Assembly (NCBI GenBank): GCA_949290785.1
Contig: CASETE010000004.1
Location: 12,794-76,793, forward strand
From: an uncultured Pseudomonadota bacterium
GTDB taxonomy: Bacteria; Pseudomonadota; Alphaproteobacteria; Rs-D84
DNA: 64,000 nt
Reading direction: 5' to 3'
Shown here: positions 18,005-27,282 of the stretch, one piece after another
How the letters are laid out: every line of letters begins with the position of its first letter
How positions within the stretch are numbered: position 1 is the stretch's first letter
Notes under the pieces: model-generated
Database searches by the model: none
What the model was told of the DNA's origin: nothing
The model's input: only the letters and a program-made list of their open reading frames with translations
Position numbers and translations under genes: made by a program

Positions 18005-19243
18005 ATGAAAATCAAACCTTTTGCCGGCGTTCGTCCACCAAAAGAAATCGCAGACCAAGTCGCTTCACGTCCATATGACGTACTAAACTCCATAGAAGCA
18101 AAAGCGGAAGCGGGTGAAAAATCTCTGTTACATATAATCAAGCCAGAAATTGACTTTGACCCGATTGCCGATGAACATAGTCAACCTGTATACGACAAAG
18201 CGGTTGAAAATTTCAAATTATGGCAAGAACGTGGCTGGTTGGTCCAAGATCCAAAAGAAATGTACTACATATACGCGCAAACGATGGACGGCCGTACACA
18301 ATATGGTTTGGTTGCCGCCGCTAATGTAGAAGACTATATGACCGGGAAAATCAAAAAGCATGAATTGACACGTAAAGATAAAGAAGAAGATCGTATGATT
18401 CATGTCAGAATTCAGAACGCAAACATTGAACCTGTGTTCTTTGCATACCCAGACGTAGAAGAAATGAACAAAATCATTTCCGACTATGTCGCAAACCATG
18501 CACCAGAATATGATTTCGTTGCCCCAGATGGTTTTGGTCATACTTTTTGGAAAATAGATGACGACAAAATAATCAATCGTATAACAGAAATATTCAAAGA
18601 AATTCCTGCATTATATGTGGCAGACGGACATCACAGAACAGCTGCTGCTGCGCTGGTTGGCGAAGAAAAACGTAAAGCAAATCCGAATCATACTGGCACC
18701 GAAGAATATAATTATTTCTTAGCGGTAATATTCCCAGAAAGCCAGTTAAAAGTCATTGATTATAATCGCGTTGTCAAAGATTTAAACGGTTTAACCCCGG
18801 CGGAATTTTTGAACAAATTGTCCGAGTCATTTGACGTTGAAGAAAAAGGCACAGAAATTTACAAACCAACCAAATTACATAACTTTGCAATGTACCTGGG
18901 TGGTAAATGGTATTCTTTGACAGCGAAAGAAGGCACATATAACGACAACGACCCAATAGGCGTCTTAGACGTAACGGTTTTATCAAACTTAGTTTTTGAC
19001 AAGATATTAAATCTGGGCGATTTGCGCACCAGCAAACGAATCGATTTCGTCGGTGGTATTCGCGGTCTTGGCGAATTACAGAAACGCGTAGATTCTGGTG
19101 AAATGGTTGCGGCCTTTGCACTGTACCCAGTGACCATGCGTCAAATTATTGATATTGCAGATACAGGTAATATCATGCCACCAAAGACAACTTGGTTTGA
19201 ACCTAAATTACGTAGCGGTTTGGTTATACATAAATTGTCTTAA
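18005..19243 (+). CDS. DUF1015 family protein
   Basis: ATG at 18005 follows an AAGGAG RBS. MKIKPFAGVRPP..., the conserved ADGHHRTAAA motif and a length of about 412 aa all fit. Confidence 0.7.
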   Translation: MKIKPFAGVRPPKEIADQVASRPYDVLNSIEAKAEAGEKSLLHIIKPEIDFDPIADEHSQPVYDKAVENFKLWQERGWLVQDPKEMYYIYAQTMDGRTQYGLVAAANVEDYMTGKIKKHELTRKDKEEDRMIHVRIQNANIEPVFFAYPDVEEMNKIISDYVANHAPEYDFVAPDGFGHTFWKIDDDKIINRITEIFKEIPALYVADGHHRTAAAALVGEEKRKANPNHTGTEEYNYFLAVIFPESQLKVIDYNRVVKDLNGLTPAEFLNKLSESFDVEEKGTEIYKPTKLHNFAMYLGGKWYSLTAKEGTYNDNDPIGVLDVTVLSNLVFDKILNLGDLRTSKRIDFVGGIRGLGELQKRVDSGEMVAAFALYPVTMRQIIDIADTGNIMPPKTTWFEPKLRSGLVIHKLS

Positions 19244-19245
19244 AA

Positions 19246-19272
19246 AAATCCGCCAAATTGGCGGATTTTTTT
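19246..19272. terminator. Bidirectional terminator
   Basis: aaaaaaa-tccgcc-aaatt-ggcgga-tttttttt between convergent genes. Confidence 0.75.
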
Positions 19273-20684
19273 TATTTTGCAAAGAAACGATTAAAAACTT
19301 TTTCGTTTACTTTCACAGGATATTCACGAATCAAAAATGCATTATAGTCATCCATAATTTCCAATGCCGACATATTTTGCATTTCTTTTTTCAAAGCGGC
19401 TTTTTGTTTTGCATCTTGCTTTGGCGCTATTTCTTTTTCTATATGCAAAACATAAAAAGCATCACTGCCTGGGACAATAGAATTCGTACCAATATCGGAA
19501 TTAAACGCGGCGACCAAGACATCCGTTGGCGCGCCCTTAGTCCGAGATACTGTTGCCGTTTGTTTATTTTTTAGCGTTTCGCCTTTATTAAGGTCAACTA
19601 AAATAGAATTTGCTTTCACATAAGCCTGTTTTCTTTGTTCTTCGCGCTTCCAATCAGATACTAAACTTTGTTTAACCGCTTCAAATTCCGCGTTATGAGA
19701 TGGAATTACTTTATCAACGCGAACAATCACAAATCCCTTTTTTGTTTCAATGATTTCGCTTTCCAACCCTTCGTCCATATTAAAGATGTTTGACATCATA
19801 GCGTCCGTCAATATTGCATCAACAGGTCTATGTTCAGCGTCAAAAGTTCCCAACGATATAAACTTTGCCTTGTTCTTGCTTGCCGCGGCAGACAACGAAT
19901 CGCCAGCAATTATATCATCTTCCACCTTTATTGCTTTTTCATAACCTTCGTCATAACTGTCTGGCTTATCCATATCAGCAGACACCAAGACATAAGAAAC
20001 GGTTCTTTTTTCTGGTACGACATGTGGATTTTTAGCATAAAAATCTTTCAATTGCTCATCCGTTGGATTATCAACAGCAAAATCACTAAATTTTACTGTG
20101 GAATAATCAATCTGACGCTGACCGTATCTTGCGTCATATGCGGCCGTCACAACAAAATCTGGTATATTAAGCGGCACAGACATTGCACCTAAAACATACG
20201 AACGCAAAATTTGACTGCGCAACACGTTTGCAAAGTCTTCTTCTGTATAGCCGGAATTCCTCAAAACCGAATCGAATAAATAAGTAGAAAAACGTCCGTT
20301 TAATTGAAATTCTGGGAAATCACGAATTTCACTGGCGATTCGCGCATCAGTAACAACGAACCCCAAATCGTTTGCACGATTTTCTGCCATCGCCTGCGTA
20401 GTCAATGTACTAAGCACCTTGTCGTTTAACGCCTGCCCTGTTGCAGCATCTGCGTATACAGCCCTTTGCTGCTCGCGGGTCATACTGGCCATCTCACGCG
20501 ATTTTTCTAAATTAAATTGTTGCATCGTAATTTCTTTATCGCCGACCTTGACCAAAGTATTGTCACCTGCAACACCGCCGAAAATCCATTCTGCGACCCC
20601 CCATCCAACGAACGAGAAAGTCAAAATACCTATCAAAATTTTTGCAACCGGTTTATCCGCTGCGTTACGTAAATATTCTAGCAT
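19272..20684 (-). CDS. PpiD-like periplasmic chaperone (SurA N-terminal domain protein)
   Basis: MLEYLRNAADKPVAKILIGILTFSFVGWGVAEWIFGG is the typical PpiD N-terminal anchor, followed by a chaperone-like region. Confidence 0.6.
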   Translation of the reverse strand: MLEYLRNAADKPVAKILIGILTFSFVGWGVAEWIFGGVAGDNTLVKVGDKEITMQQFNLEKSREMASMTREQQRAVYADAATGQALNDKVLSTLTTQAMAENRANDLGFVVTDARIASEIRDFPEFQLNGRFSTYLFDSVLRNSGYTEEDFANVLRSQILRSYVLGAMSVPLNIPDFVVTAAYDARYGQRQIDYSTVKFSDFAVDNPTDEQLKDFYAKNPHVVPEKRTVSYVLVSADMDKPDSYDEGYEKAIKVEDDIIAGDSLSAAASKNKAKFISLGTFDAEHRPVDAILTDAMMSNIFNMDEGLESEIIETKKGFVIVRVDKVIPSHNAEFEAVKQSLVSDWKREEQRKQAYVKANSILVDLNKGETLKNKQTATVSRTKGAPTDVLVAAFNSDIGTNSIVPGSDAFYVLHIEKEIAPKQDAKQKAALKKEMQNMSALEIMDDYNAFLIREYPVKVNEKVFNRFFAK

Positions 20685-20751
20685 TTAATCCCCTTTTGCG
20701 TTACCATAGCAAAACAACACTAATAAAATCAACGAAAAAGGTAAAAAATTC

Positions 20752-21453
20752 ATGAAAATCATAGCAGGAAATTGGAAAATGAACGGTTCTTGCAACCAGT
20801 TGCAGAAAATGGACCAAGCACTACGAGAAGTACAAACACAAAACACAGTGATTTTATGCGTCCCTTTTACATTGCTGAGTTTAAATACCCAAAATATAAG
20901 TCTTGGCGCCCAAGATGTCAGCACACATGATAAAGGTGCTTACACAGGCGAAGTGTCTGCCAAAATGATCGCCGACACAGGTGCCAGATACGTCATCGTC
21001 GGTCACAGCGAACGTCGCCAGTATCACCAAGAAACTAACGAAATCGTTCGCCAAAAGGCGTTACAAGCAATAAGCGCCGGTCTAATTCCTATTGTTTGCA
21101 TTGGTGAAACCATGTCTGAAAAGCAAGCGGGACTGACAACGAAAATAATACAATCAGGGCTGCAAGAATCTGTTCCCAGCGACGCATCAGAAAAAATCAT
21201 TATCGCATATGAGCCAAGATGGGCGATTGGCGCCGGCATAACACCGACCCCCGAAGAAATTACCCAAACCCACCAACTGATTGCGGACACATTAAAAACA
21301 ATGGGAATAGACGCACCGATTTTATATGGTGCCAGTGTTAACGCCGGTAACGCCGCAGATATTATGAACTTACCAAATGTTGACGGTGTATTGGTCGGCG
21401 GTGCGTCCTTGAAAACGGATGATTTCATACCTATAATAACAAGTATAAAATAA
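20752..21453 (+). CDS. tpiA: Triosephosphate isomerase
   Basis: MKIIAGNWKMNGS..., VIVGHSERR, AYEPRWAIGAG, and GGASLK near the C-terminus. Confidence 0.93.
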   Translation: MKIIAGNWKMNGSCNQLQKMDQALREVQTQNTVILCVPFTLLSLNTQNISLGAQDVSTHDKGAYTGEVSAKMIADTGARYVIVGHSERRQYHQETNEIVRQKALQAISAGLIPIVCIGETMSEKQAGLTTKIIQSGLQESVPSDASEKIIIAYEPRWAIGAGITPTPEEITQTHQLIADTLKTMGIDAPILYGASVNAGNAADIMNLPNVDGVLVGGASLKTDDFIPIITSIK

Positions 21454-21516
21454 ATATATAGTTTTACCGGGGGTGAAATCCGCCGCCCCCAAACATAAAA
21501 TAAGCGAGTGTATATC

Positions 21517-22056
21517 ATGGAAGAAAAAGACGTAAAAATAGAAGAAGTATCAATAACAGAAAACGCAAATACACCAAATGGGCCGACATCAAACAAAAAA
21601 ACAGAAACCGACACGACAGAGATAGAAACACTAAACAACCAACTTGCCGAACTGCAAGATAAATATTTGCGTCTGGCGGCGGAACTAGAAAACACGCGTA
21701 GGCGTGCCGCAATTGATGCGGAATCAAGCGCAAAAAACCGTGCAATGTCTGTCGCACAAAAATTCTTACCGGTTATGGACGCAATACAATCAGCATTAAA
21801 TCATAACCCAAACGATGATGGAATAAAGTCAATGGCGTTGGCAATGGAAAACGCCTTTGCACAAATAGGAATTACAAAGATTGAATCGGTTGGTCAGACA
21901 CTTAATCCGAAACTGCATAATGCAATACAAGTTATAGAGTCACCAAATAATGCCAACAAAAAAACACAACCGAATACGATTGTTGAAGAAATGCAAACGG
22001 GATATATGTTTGGTGATACCGTATTACGAACCGCTATGGTTGTTGTCAGTAAATAA
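21517..22056 (+). CDS. grpE: Nucleotide exchange factor GrpE
   Basis: LQDKYLRLAAELENTRRR plus a C-terminal beta domain. ATG 21517 is preferred over GTG 21508. Confidence 0.9.
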   Translation: MEEKDVKIEEVSITENANTPNGPTSNKKTETDTTEIETLNNQLAELQDKYLRLAAELENTRRRAAIDAESSAKNRAMSVAQKFLPVMDAIQSALNHNPNDDGIKSMALAMENAFAQIGITKIESVGQTLNPKLHNAIQVIESPNNANKKTQPNTIVEEMQTGYMFGDTVLRTAMVVVSK

Positions 22057-22057
22057 A

Positions 22058-22082
22058 AAATCGCCATTTTGGCGATTTTTAT
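22058..22082. terminator. Bidirectional terminator
   Basis: aaaaa-atcgcc-atttt-ggcgat-tttt between grpE and the convergent gene. Confidence 0.7.
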
Positions 22083-22480
22083 CTGCTTTTAACATTTTGT
22101 TGCTTAACAACATCTTCTGTGGTTAAAATATTTGCGTTTACTTTTTTGATAAATTCTATACACTCTTTTTTAGTATCAACATCTTTTACCAAAACACGTA
22201 AAACCGTTCTTTTAACCATAAAGAAATTACTTTTATGAACTTTTGGATGTAAACCGTTGCGCTTCATTAATAATTTTGCCCGCTCTATATCATTGACATC
22301 TAATGGACGATAATAATAATACAATTTACCGTTTGATGCGCGAATCTTAGAGATTTTTTCGGCACTTAACACCCACAATTCTTTTGCATCTTTATCTGCA
22401 TTAAATTCAACATCTTGTGTGGCGTTATTAGAAGAACCAAAAAAGTCTTTTATTGTTTGCACATTTTTATATAACTTCAT
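22079..22480 (-). CDS. Hypothetical protein (133 aa)
   Basis: ORF with its own near-consensus promoter and an AAAGGG RBS. No recognisable domain. Confidence 0.55.
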   Translation of the reverse strand: MKLYKNVQTIKDFFGSSNNATQDVEFNADKDAKELWVLSAEKISKIRASNGKLYYYYRPLDVNDIERAKLLMKRNGLHPKVHKSNFFMVKRTVLRVLVKDVDTKKECIEFIKKVNANILTTEDVVKQQNVKSR

Positions 22481-22506
22481 TTATATACCCTTTTTAAACC
22501 TCTTAT

Positions 22507-22534
22507 ATTATAAGCACAAATTTCACTTTGTCAA
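22507..22534 (-). promoter_or_regulatory. Sigma70 promoter TTGACA-16-TATAAT
   Basis: The minus strand reads TTGACAAAGTGAAATTTGTGCTTATAAT. Confidence 0.55.
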
Positions 22535-22564
22535 CATGTACTTAGACAAAAAATTTTTTTGTAA

Positions 22565-22595
22565 ATAATACCCATAATAATCATATGGGTATTAT
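22565..22595 (-). terminator. 12-bp hairpin downstream of 22616..26293
   Basis: ataatacccata-ataatca-tatgggtattat. The downstream T-tract is interrupted. Confidence 0.45.
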
Positions 22596-22615
22596 GCGCC
22601 GGACAAAATTTGGTT

Positions 22616-25600
22616 TTATATGCCTAACCTATGTGTCATTTTCAGCATGAATATGGATTCATTACCAAAATAATCTGTATTATTAGGATTTATGCGATAT
22701 ATAAAACCTATTGCCCCGTCAGTCCACGGTCCAAAATTATGACGATATGCACCAGACAAACGAACTTCGCGATGTTCCGGCGATAAATCAACATCTTTTA
22801 CATAAGCATCGTTTACAACCAAGTCATATTTTCCATCTGCTGTTTCAACGATACCGTAATCGGCATACGCATATTGCAAAGTACCGCGATTGACCGCCAA
22901 CGGTTGCGAGACCGAGAAACTAAAATTACCGGTATCCACCCCAAAAGCAAAAGCATTAGAATATATATCAGACAAACCTAATATAAAATCGCCGCTTGCA
23001 TCAGACGTAGTATACGCAAATGTTGAACGCAATTTAAACTTTATGTTTTCCCAAGGTTCATAGCGCAACTCTGTGTCAACATAGGTTGTATTCCCCTGCC
23101 CTATGCTTAACAAGCCCCCAGTCAAAGCGCCCAGTAAAGTATCTGTTTCTTGCGCGTTACCAACGGCAGACGTGAAACCAAATTTTTCACCGTTCCAAGA
23201 AATGTCAGATTGTGCACCTTGCATAAGTCCTAATCTGGCGGGCATATATTGCGAAGATATAGTTGGATCAGTATCCAGCATTTCTTCATCTGTAATATCA
23301 CCAGAAAAAGCGCGTGCCCCAAATGTCCATCTGCCCATGTTATACGCAACATCAGACACCAAAGCGTTTGACATCATATTTAATACAGGATTAGACAAGC
23401 CATCAAATCTGGACGCCCCATCTGTAAAATGTCTTTGGAAGCCTGCTGACAAAGTCCAATTATCCGACACATAATCAAGTTGCATGTTATCCAAACCATT
23501 TAAATTATCTTCATATGGTTTTTCAGACATAGACATAGAGAAACCGAAATCACCGAATTGGATTTTATTTTCCGATACGTTCCGTGTTTTCAATTCACCT
23601 AATACATCCCCCATATAAAGTCCGCGTTTATCTTGTACCCCCAGCGCAAATTCATTTTTCCAAATACGAGGCAAAGACAATTCACCGTCAAAACTTTCTA
23701 ACCTGTCAAAGAAAGGTGCACTTATTGTAGCGACTCTGGGATTAAATGCCGACGACGACCTAAATATAGTATTACTTGCCGCACGCCAATAAGCATTACC
23801 TGATGCCGATACGATATCTGTACCGTTATAATAATATACGGCATGACCAGGTGTGGTTGCTCTTTCAAGATTTATCAACCCATATCCAAAAACTTCCTTG
23901 AATACATCCAGATAATTCTCTCCGCCGTTTTTCCAACGATACTCATAATCATTTGGCATCTGATACATACTTTGCAAATAAGCTATCAGGCTAGACTCTG
24001 AAAAAGTGTTACCATTTCCATCAGTTCCCAAATAAGCCCCATCCGCAGTCAAAGCCATTAAAGCGAAAAGCTGTTGATTTGTCATGTCCGGGAAAGCAGA
24101 CTTCAATGCCCCAGACGCCCCTGCAGCACTAGCAACAGCCAATTCGTCTGTTACCCCAACAGAAGCAAAACACCACGGGTCAATACCATTTGCACCGTTT
24201 CCGGCAATACCGCAAACGCGCGCTTTAAAGTATGTATCATCGGCCGTAGAATCTGGGGTATTATTTGTATTTTGCCATTGCGCAATGGTATATTTATGTT
24301 GCGGAGTATACCCACTGACACTTTCTGTTCCGCTAGTTCCTGCACCACTTTGTACGACAGCAACGACGGACATAAATAAGTGTTCAAGATTATCAAAAAC
24401 AAGCGGTGCCGAATTTTCAAACGATGCGGTCAAAGTCTTGCCAGACCAAGTACTATCTGTTTCAAAAGCCCCCGTTGAAAATATAACAAGCGGTTTATAC
24501 GTAGACCCTAATCCGTTAAAGAAAGTTGTTGCATTTGTTCCAGGTAATGCATCTGTTGCTCCGTCACCATCTGTTGTATTTTGGTTATAATAATCGTTTA
24601 CAAGCGATGCAAATCCTGTTTGCATAGCATTATTCGCGCTGCCAAAAGCCAACACATCTTCAATAGTCGCCGAATCTACCTGATGTAGCGGTGATATCAC
24701 AGACGCATTTGCCAATATAAAAGGAGTAGAACGACCGCCCGCCAAATCCCCCGAAGGAACGCGACCTGCTGCGTCTAATAACGCCTTATAATTATAATAA
24801 TCCAAAGTTTCTTCTTTCTTTACCAGCGTCAAGTTATTATCTGCTAATTGATACGCTTGATTTATTTTCCCATCGGCTGCGCTATCTATGTACAACAGTC
24901 CATCCGCACCGATATAACCCGTATAAGTAGTATCAGAATCAGAGGCAACAATCTTATTACCGGTTCTTGTTACGGTCAACGTCTTATCAAAAAGGTTAAT
25001 AGTATCCCCAGTATCAAGACTTGTTCCCGCCATAGTATAAGTCCCAGTTGCAGATTGTCCCGTAACTGTAACTAATCCTTTTCCCCCGCCAGTTCTGTAT
25101 ATCAACATCTGACCGTTTGGTATAAATCCCATAAAATCGGCAGAACTATAACCTGCATCATTACCGCCGACAACTTTTGCTAATAAATCATCATCAGATG
25201 TTGCATAAGTATTGTTTACGGCCGTACCGAAACCCGATAAATCGAAATTATTTACCAACGTACCATCTTCTGACGTTGTAGCATTCGCAACTTGATTATC
25301 TTCAGAAGACCCCAAAGTTATGACATTATTATAATATTTACTGGACAACATGCTTACTTCTGCGGGCGAAGGCGTAGCCCCATTCATTTCCGTCCATGCA
25401 ATCAACTTATCATCCAAAGAATTAACACCTGCCGTAGACTCTCCTGCAGGTTTAGATGCCGCATTTATACCATTCGTAGTAATCAAAGCAACACCTACCG
25501 GTCTTCCTCCGCCAACAATCAGCCCGCCAACCGAATAATTTCCCAAAACACTAGAAGGAACTGGCGCCCCGTTATAACGTAACGTTCTTTGCCCCATATA

Positions 25601-26293
25601 ACCACGTGCCAAAGGCGAATAACCATGCATCATCAATAAATAATTTTGCTTATACGTACTTGTCATCAGTGTAAAATTATCTTTCAATATGCCTGCCGTA
25701 GAAGGACTGTAATAATTTAAATTAGAAACATAATTTGCAGCCTCTGACGCACTGTTTGGCATTGCCGGTCCATAAGGAATCTCAAACGCGGCCGTTGCAT
25801 TACCAGAAGTACCGCCGTCACCACCAGGTCTTGTACCGCCGCTGACCGACCCGCTAGAATTATCATTTCCTGGGTCTAACACGTCTGTCAACAAGAACAG
25901 CCCACCTACAACAACGGCGGCACCCGCCGCCGCCAGTGTTATACCGTGGGCGGTAGATAGCCCGCTAAACAACCCGCCACTACTTTGCGGTTTATTTTTA
26001 TTATTATATTGCTTTATTTGTTGATCGCATTTTGATGCATCTGCACCATACATCTGCAATATTTGCGCTGCCTTGATATCATTATTCATCAAAGCAGTAC
26101 AAACAATTGATAAACCCGTGCTATCAACATAATTAATATTTGCACCATTATTTATTAATATCTGTACCTGTTGAATATCACCGTTTTTGGCGGCAGACAA
26201 TAATTGCGCAGCAACGGTAAATTCATTTGTTGCAGCGAACAACGCCCCAGGAATAAAAAATAAAGAAAGGAATAAAATTCTGATGTATTTCAT
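22616..26293 (-). CDS. Ankyrin-repeat plus subtilase(S8)-like passenger with C-terminal beta-barrel-like domain; catalytic residues apparently substituted
   Basis: The start is moved to MKYIRILFLSLFFIPGALFA (ATG 26293). ANK-like segment: AAKNGDIQQVQILINNGANINYVDSTGLSIVCTALMNNDIKAAQILQMYGADAS. A hydrophobic segment follows. S8-like blocks are VIFSTGAFE, CGIAG..PWCFAS, GVTDELAVASAAGASGALKSAFPDMTNQQL...LTAD and FGYGLINLERA. The C-terminal ~350 aa has an alternating beta pattern. Confidence 0.75.
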   Translation of the reverse strand: MKYIRILFLSLFFIPGALFAATNEFTVAAQLLSAAKNGDIQQVQILINNGANINYVDSTGLSIVCTALMNNDIKAAQILQMYGADASKCDQQIKQYNNKNKPQSSGGLFSGLSTAHGITLAAAGAAVVVGGLFLLTDVLDPGNDNSSGSVSGGTRPGGDGGTSGNATAAFEIPYGPAMPNSASEAANYVSNLNYYSPSTAGILKDNFTLMTSTYKQNYLLMMHGYSPLARGYMGQRTLRYNGAPVPSSVLGNYSVGGLIVGGGRPVGVALITTNGINAASKPAGESTAGVNSLDDKLIAWTEMNGATPSPAEVSMLSSKYYNNVITLGSSEDNQVANATTSEDGTLVNNFDLSGFGTAVNNTYATSDDDLLAKVVGGNDAGYSSADFMGFIPNGQMLIYRTGGGKGLVTVTGQSATGTYTMAGTSLDTGDTINLFDKTLTVTRTGNKIVASDSDTTYTGYIGADGLLYIDSAADGKINQAYQLADNNLTLVKKEETLDYYNYKALLDAAGRVPSGDLAGGRSTPFILANASVISPLHQVDSATIEDVLAFGSANNAMQTGFASLVNDYYNQNTTDGDGATDALPGTNATTFFNGLGSTYKPLVIFSTGAFETDSTWSGKTLTASFENSAPLVFDNLEHLFMSVVAVVQSGAGTSGTESVSGYTPQHKYTIAQWQNTNNTPDSTADDTYFKARVCGIAGNGANGIDPWCFASVGVTDELAVASAAGASGALKSAFPDMTNQQLFALMALTADGAYLGTDGNGNTFSESSLIAYLQSMYQMPNDYEYRWKNGGENYLDVFKEVFGYGLINLERATTPGHAVYYYNGTDIVSASGNAYWRAASNTIFRSSSAFNPRVATISAPFFDRLESFDGELSLPRIWKNEFALGVQDKRGLYMGDVLGELKTRNVSENKIQFGDFGFSMSMSEKPYEDNLNGLDNMQLDYVSDNWTLSAGFQRHFTDGASRFDGLSNPVLNMMSNALVSDVAYNMGRWTFGARAFSGDITDEEMLDTDPTISSQYMPARLGLMQGAQSDISWNGEKFGFTSAVGNAQETDTLLGALTGGLLSIGQGNTTYVDTELRYEPWENIKFKLRSTFAYTTSDASGDFILGLSDIYSNAFAFGVDTGNFSFSVSQPLAVNRGTLQYAYADYGIVETADGKYDLVVNDAYVKDVDLSPEHREVRLSGAYRHNFGPWTDGAIGFIYRINPNNTDYFGNESIFMLKMTHRLGI

Positions 26294-26374
26294 GTGCCAT
26301 TCTCTCTTACTCAAAATATCTTAACACACATCAGAATTATATGTCTAGAAAAAACTTTCATAAAACAATAAATA

Positions 26375-26399
26375 AAGGGTTCGTTTAAACACGAACCCC
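26375..26399 (-). terminator. Intrinsic terminator after 26422..27141
   Basis: On the minus strand, GGGTTCGT-GTTTAA-ACGAACCC is followed by TTTATTTATT. Confidence 0.6.
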
Positions 26400-26421
26400 A
26401 TTACTGTGGCATCGCATATAA

Positions 26422-27141
26422 TTAACGCGAGTTCACTTTTTGTTTTGTAACTATGATATAACCATTTATTTCATAAGTTTTACATTTTTTCTTTTTATCT
26501 TTAACCTTTACTTCTACTTTACCGCAATCCGAACAACCGTTGTTAACATATATAGTCCCATTGTTAACAGCGCCCTGCTCCAATGTTATTCTTGTATTAT
26601 TGTTTCCACCGCAAGAATTACCAACAATCACATCGCCATCGTTTTTGGCCTGATTTTTCAGGGTTATTTCTGTATTGCTATTGACATATTTTTGTGCTTT
26701 TGGCTGTACAACGCGACGAGCATTTGAAGTACGTTTTACAGAACGACTTTTATTAACCTTGGAGTTTTCGCAATCTTCTAAACGAGAATTTACATCGTTT
26801 AAAGAATCACGCAACATAAATATTCTTTCTGTCGCCTTCAAACGTTTTTCTTGCAAGTTATCTATTTTACGTATGGCGTCTTTATAAGCGTCACAGTCTT
26901 TATCATTATCTTTCATACAATTACCAACACCTAAACCAACGCCTAAGCCCATCAACAAAATCGCCAATCCCCATACACCATAAGTGATTTTAGCCAACTT
27001 TTTATTACCATTTTTGTTTTCAAAATTTTGCCCCATGTTTTTATCATCATCTATGGGTTCTATGGGTTCTATGGGTTCAAAATTTTGCTCCATGCCTTCA
27101 TCATTTATGTTTATATCTATGTTTTCAAAATCTTTATCCAT
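26422..27141 (-). CDS. Single-pass membrane protein with glycine-zipper TM, coiled coil and Cys-containing C-terminus (hypothetical)
   Basis: ATG 27141 lies 7 nt after an AAGGAG RBS. The protein has an acidic N-terminus with EPIEPIEPI, the TM segment GVWGLAILLMGLGVGLGVGNC, and the C-terminal GNSCGGNNN...NNGCSDCG. Confidence 0.65.
   Translation of the reverse strand: MDKDFENIDININDEGMEQNFEPIEPIEPIDDDKNMGQNFENKNGNKKLAKITYGVWGLAILLMGLGVGLGVGNCMKDNDKDCDAYKDAIRKIDNLQEKRLKATERIFMLRDSLNDVNSRLEDCENSKVNKSRSVKRTSNARRVVQPKAQKYVNSNTEITLKNQAKNDGDVIVGNSCGGNNNTRITLEQGAVNNGTIYVNNGCSDCGKVEVKVKDKKKKCKTYEINGYIIVTKQKVNSR
27051..27077. repeat. 3 x 9-bp perfect tandem repeat (ctatgggtt) inside the CDS, encoding (EPI)3
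   Basis: Read directly from the sequence. It is flanked by the near-duplicate 17-mers caaaattttgccccatg and caaaattttgctccatg. Confidence 0.85.
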
Positions 27142-27282
27142 TTTCATTCTCCTTAAATAGTATTTATGTCTTTCTGAAAAGAATATAATACAAAAATATA
27201 AATTTGTCAAGGGTCTTTTTTATTTTCTTTTTTTACTTTTATGGGCGCGTATTTTTTGATATAGTTACAGATAAAGAGAGAA

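Noticed and set aside
21454-21516. GGGGG...CCCCC hairpin after tpiA as a terminator.
   Set aside because: It has a large 12-nt loop and no U-tract. grpE starts about 60 nt downstream on the same strand, so co-transcription is equally likely.
21024-21695. 223-aa minus-strand ORF overlapping tpiA and grpE.
   Set aside because: It is antisense to two strongly recognisable housekeeping genes and spans their intergenic region. Its composition mirrors theirs.
27051-27077. Tandem repeat as a CRISPR-like or minisatellite array.
   Set aside because: There are only three 9-bp units, no spacers, and it lies inside a coding frame. It is a simple in-frame coding repeat.
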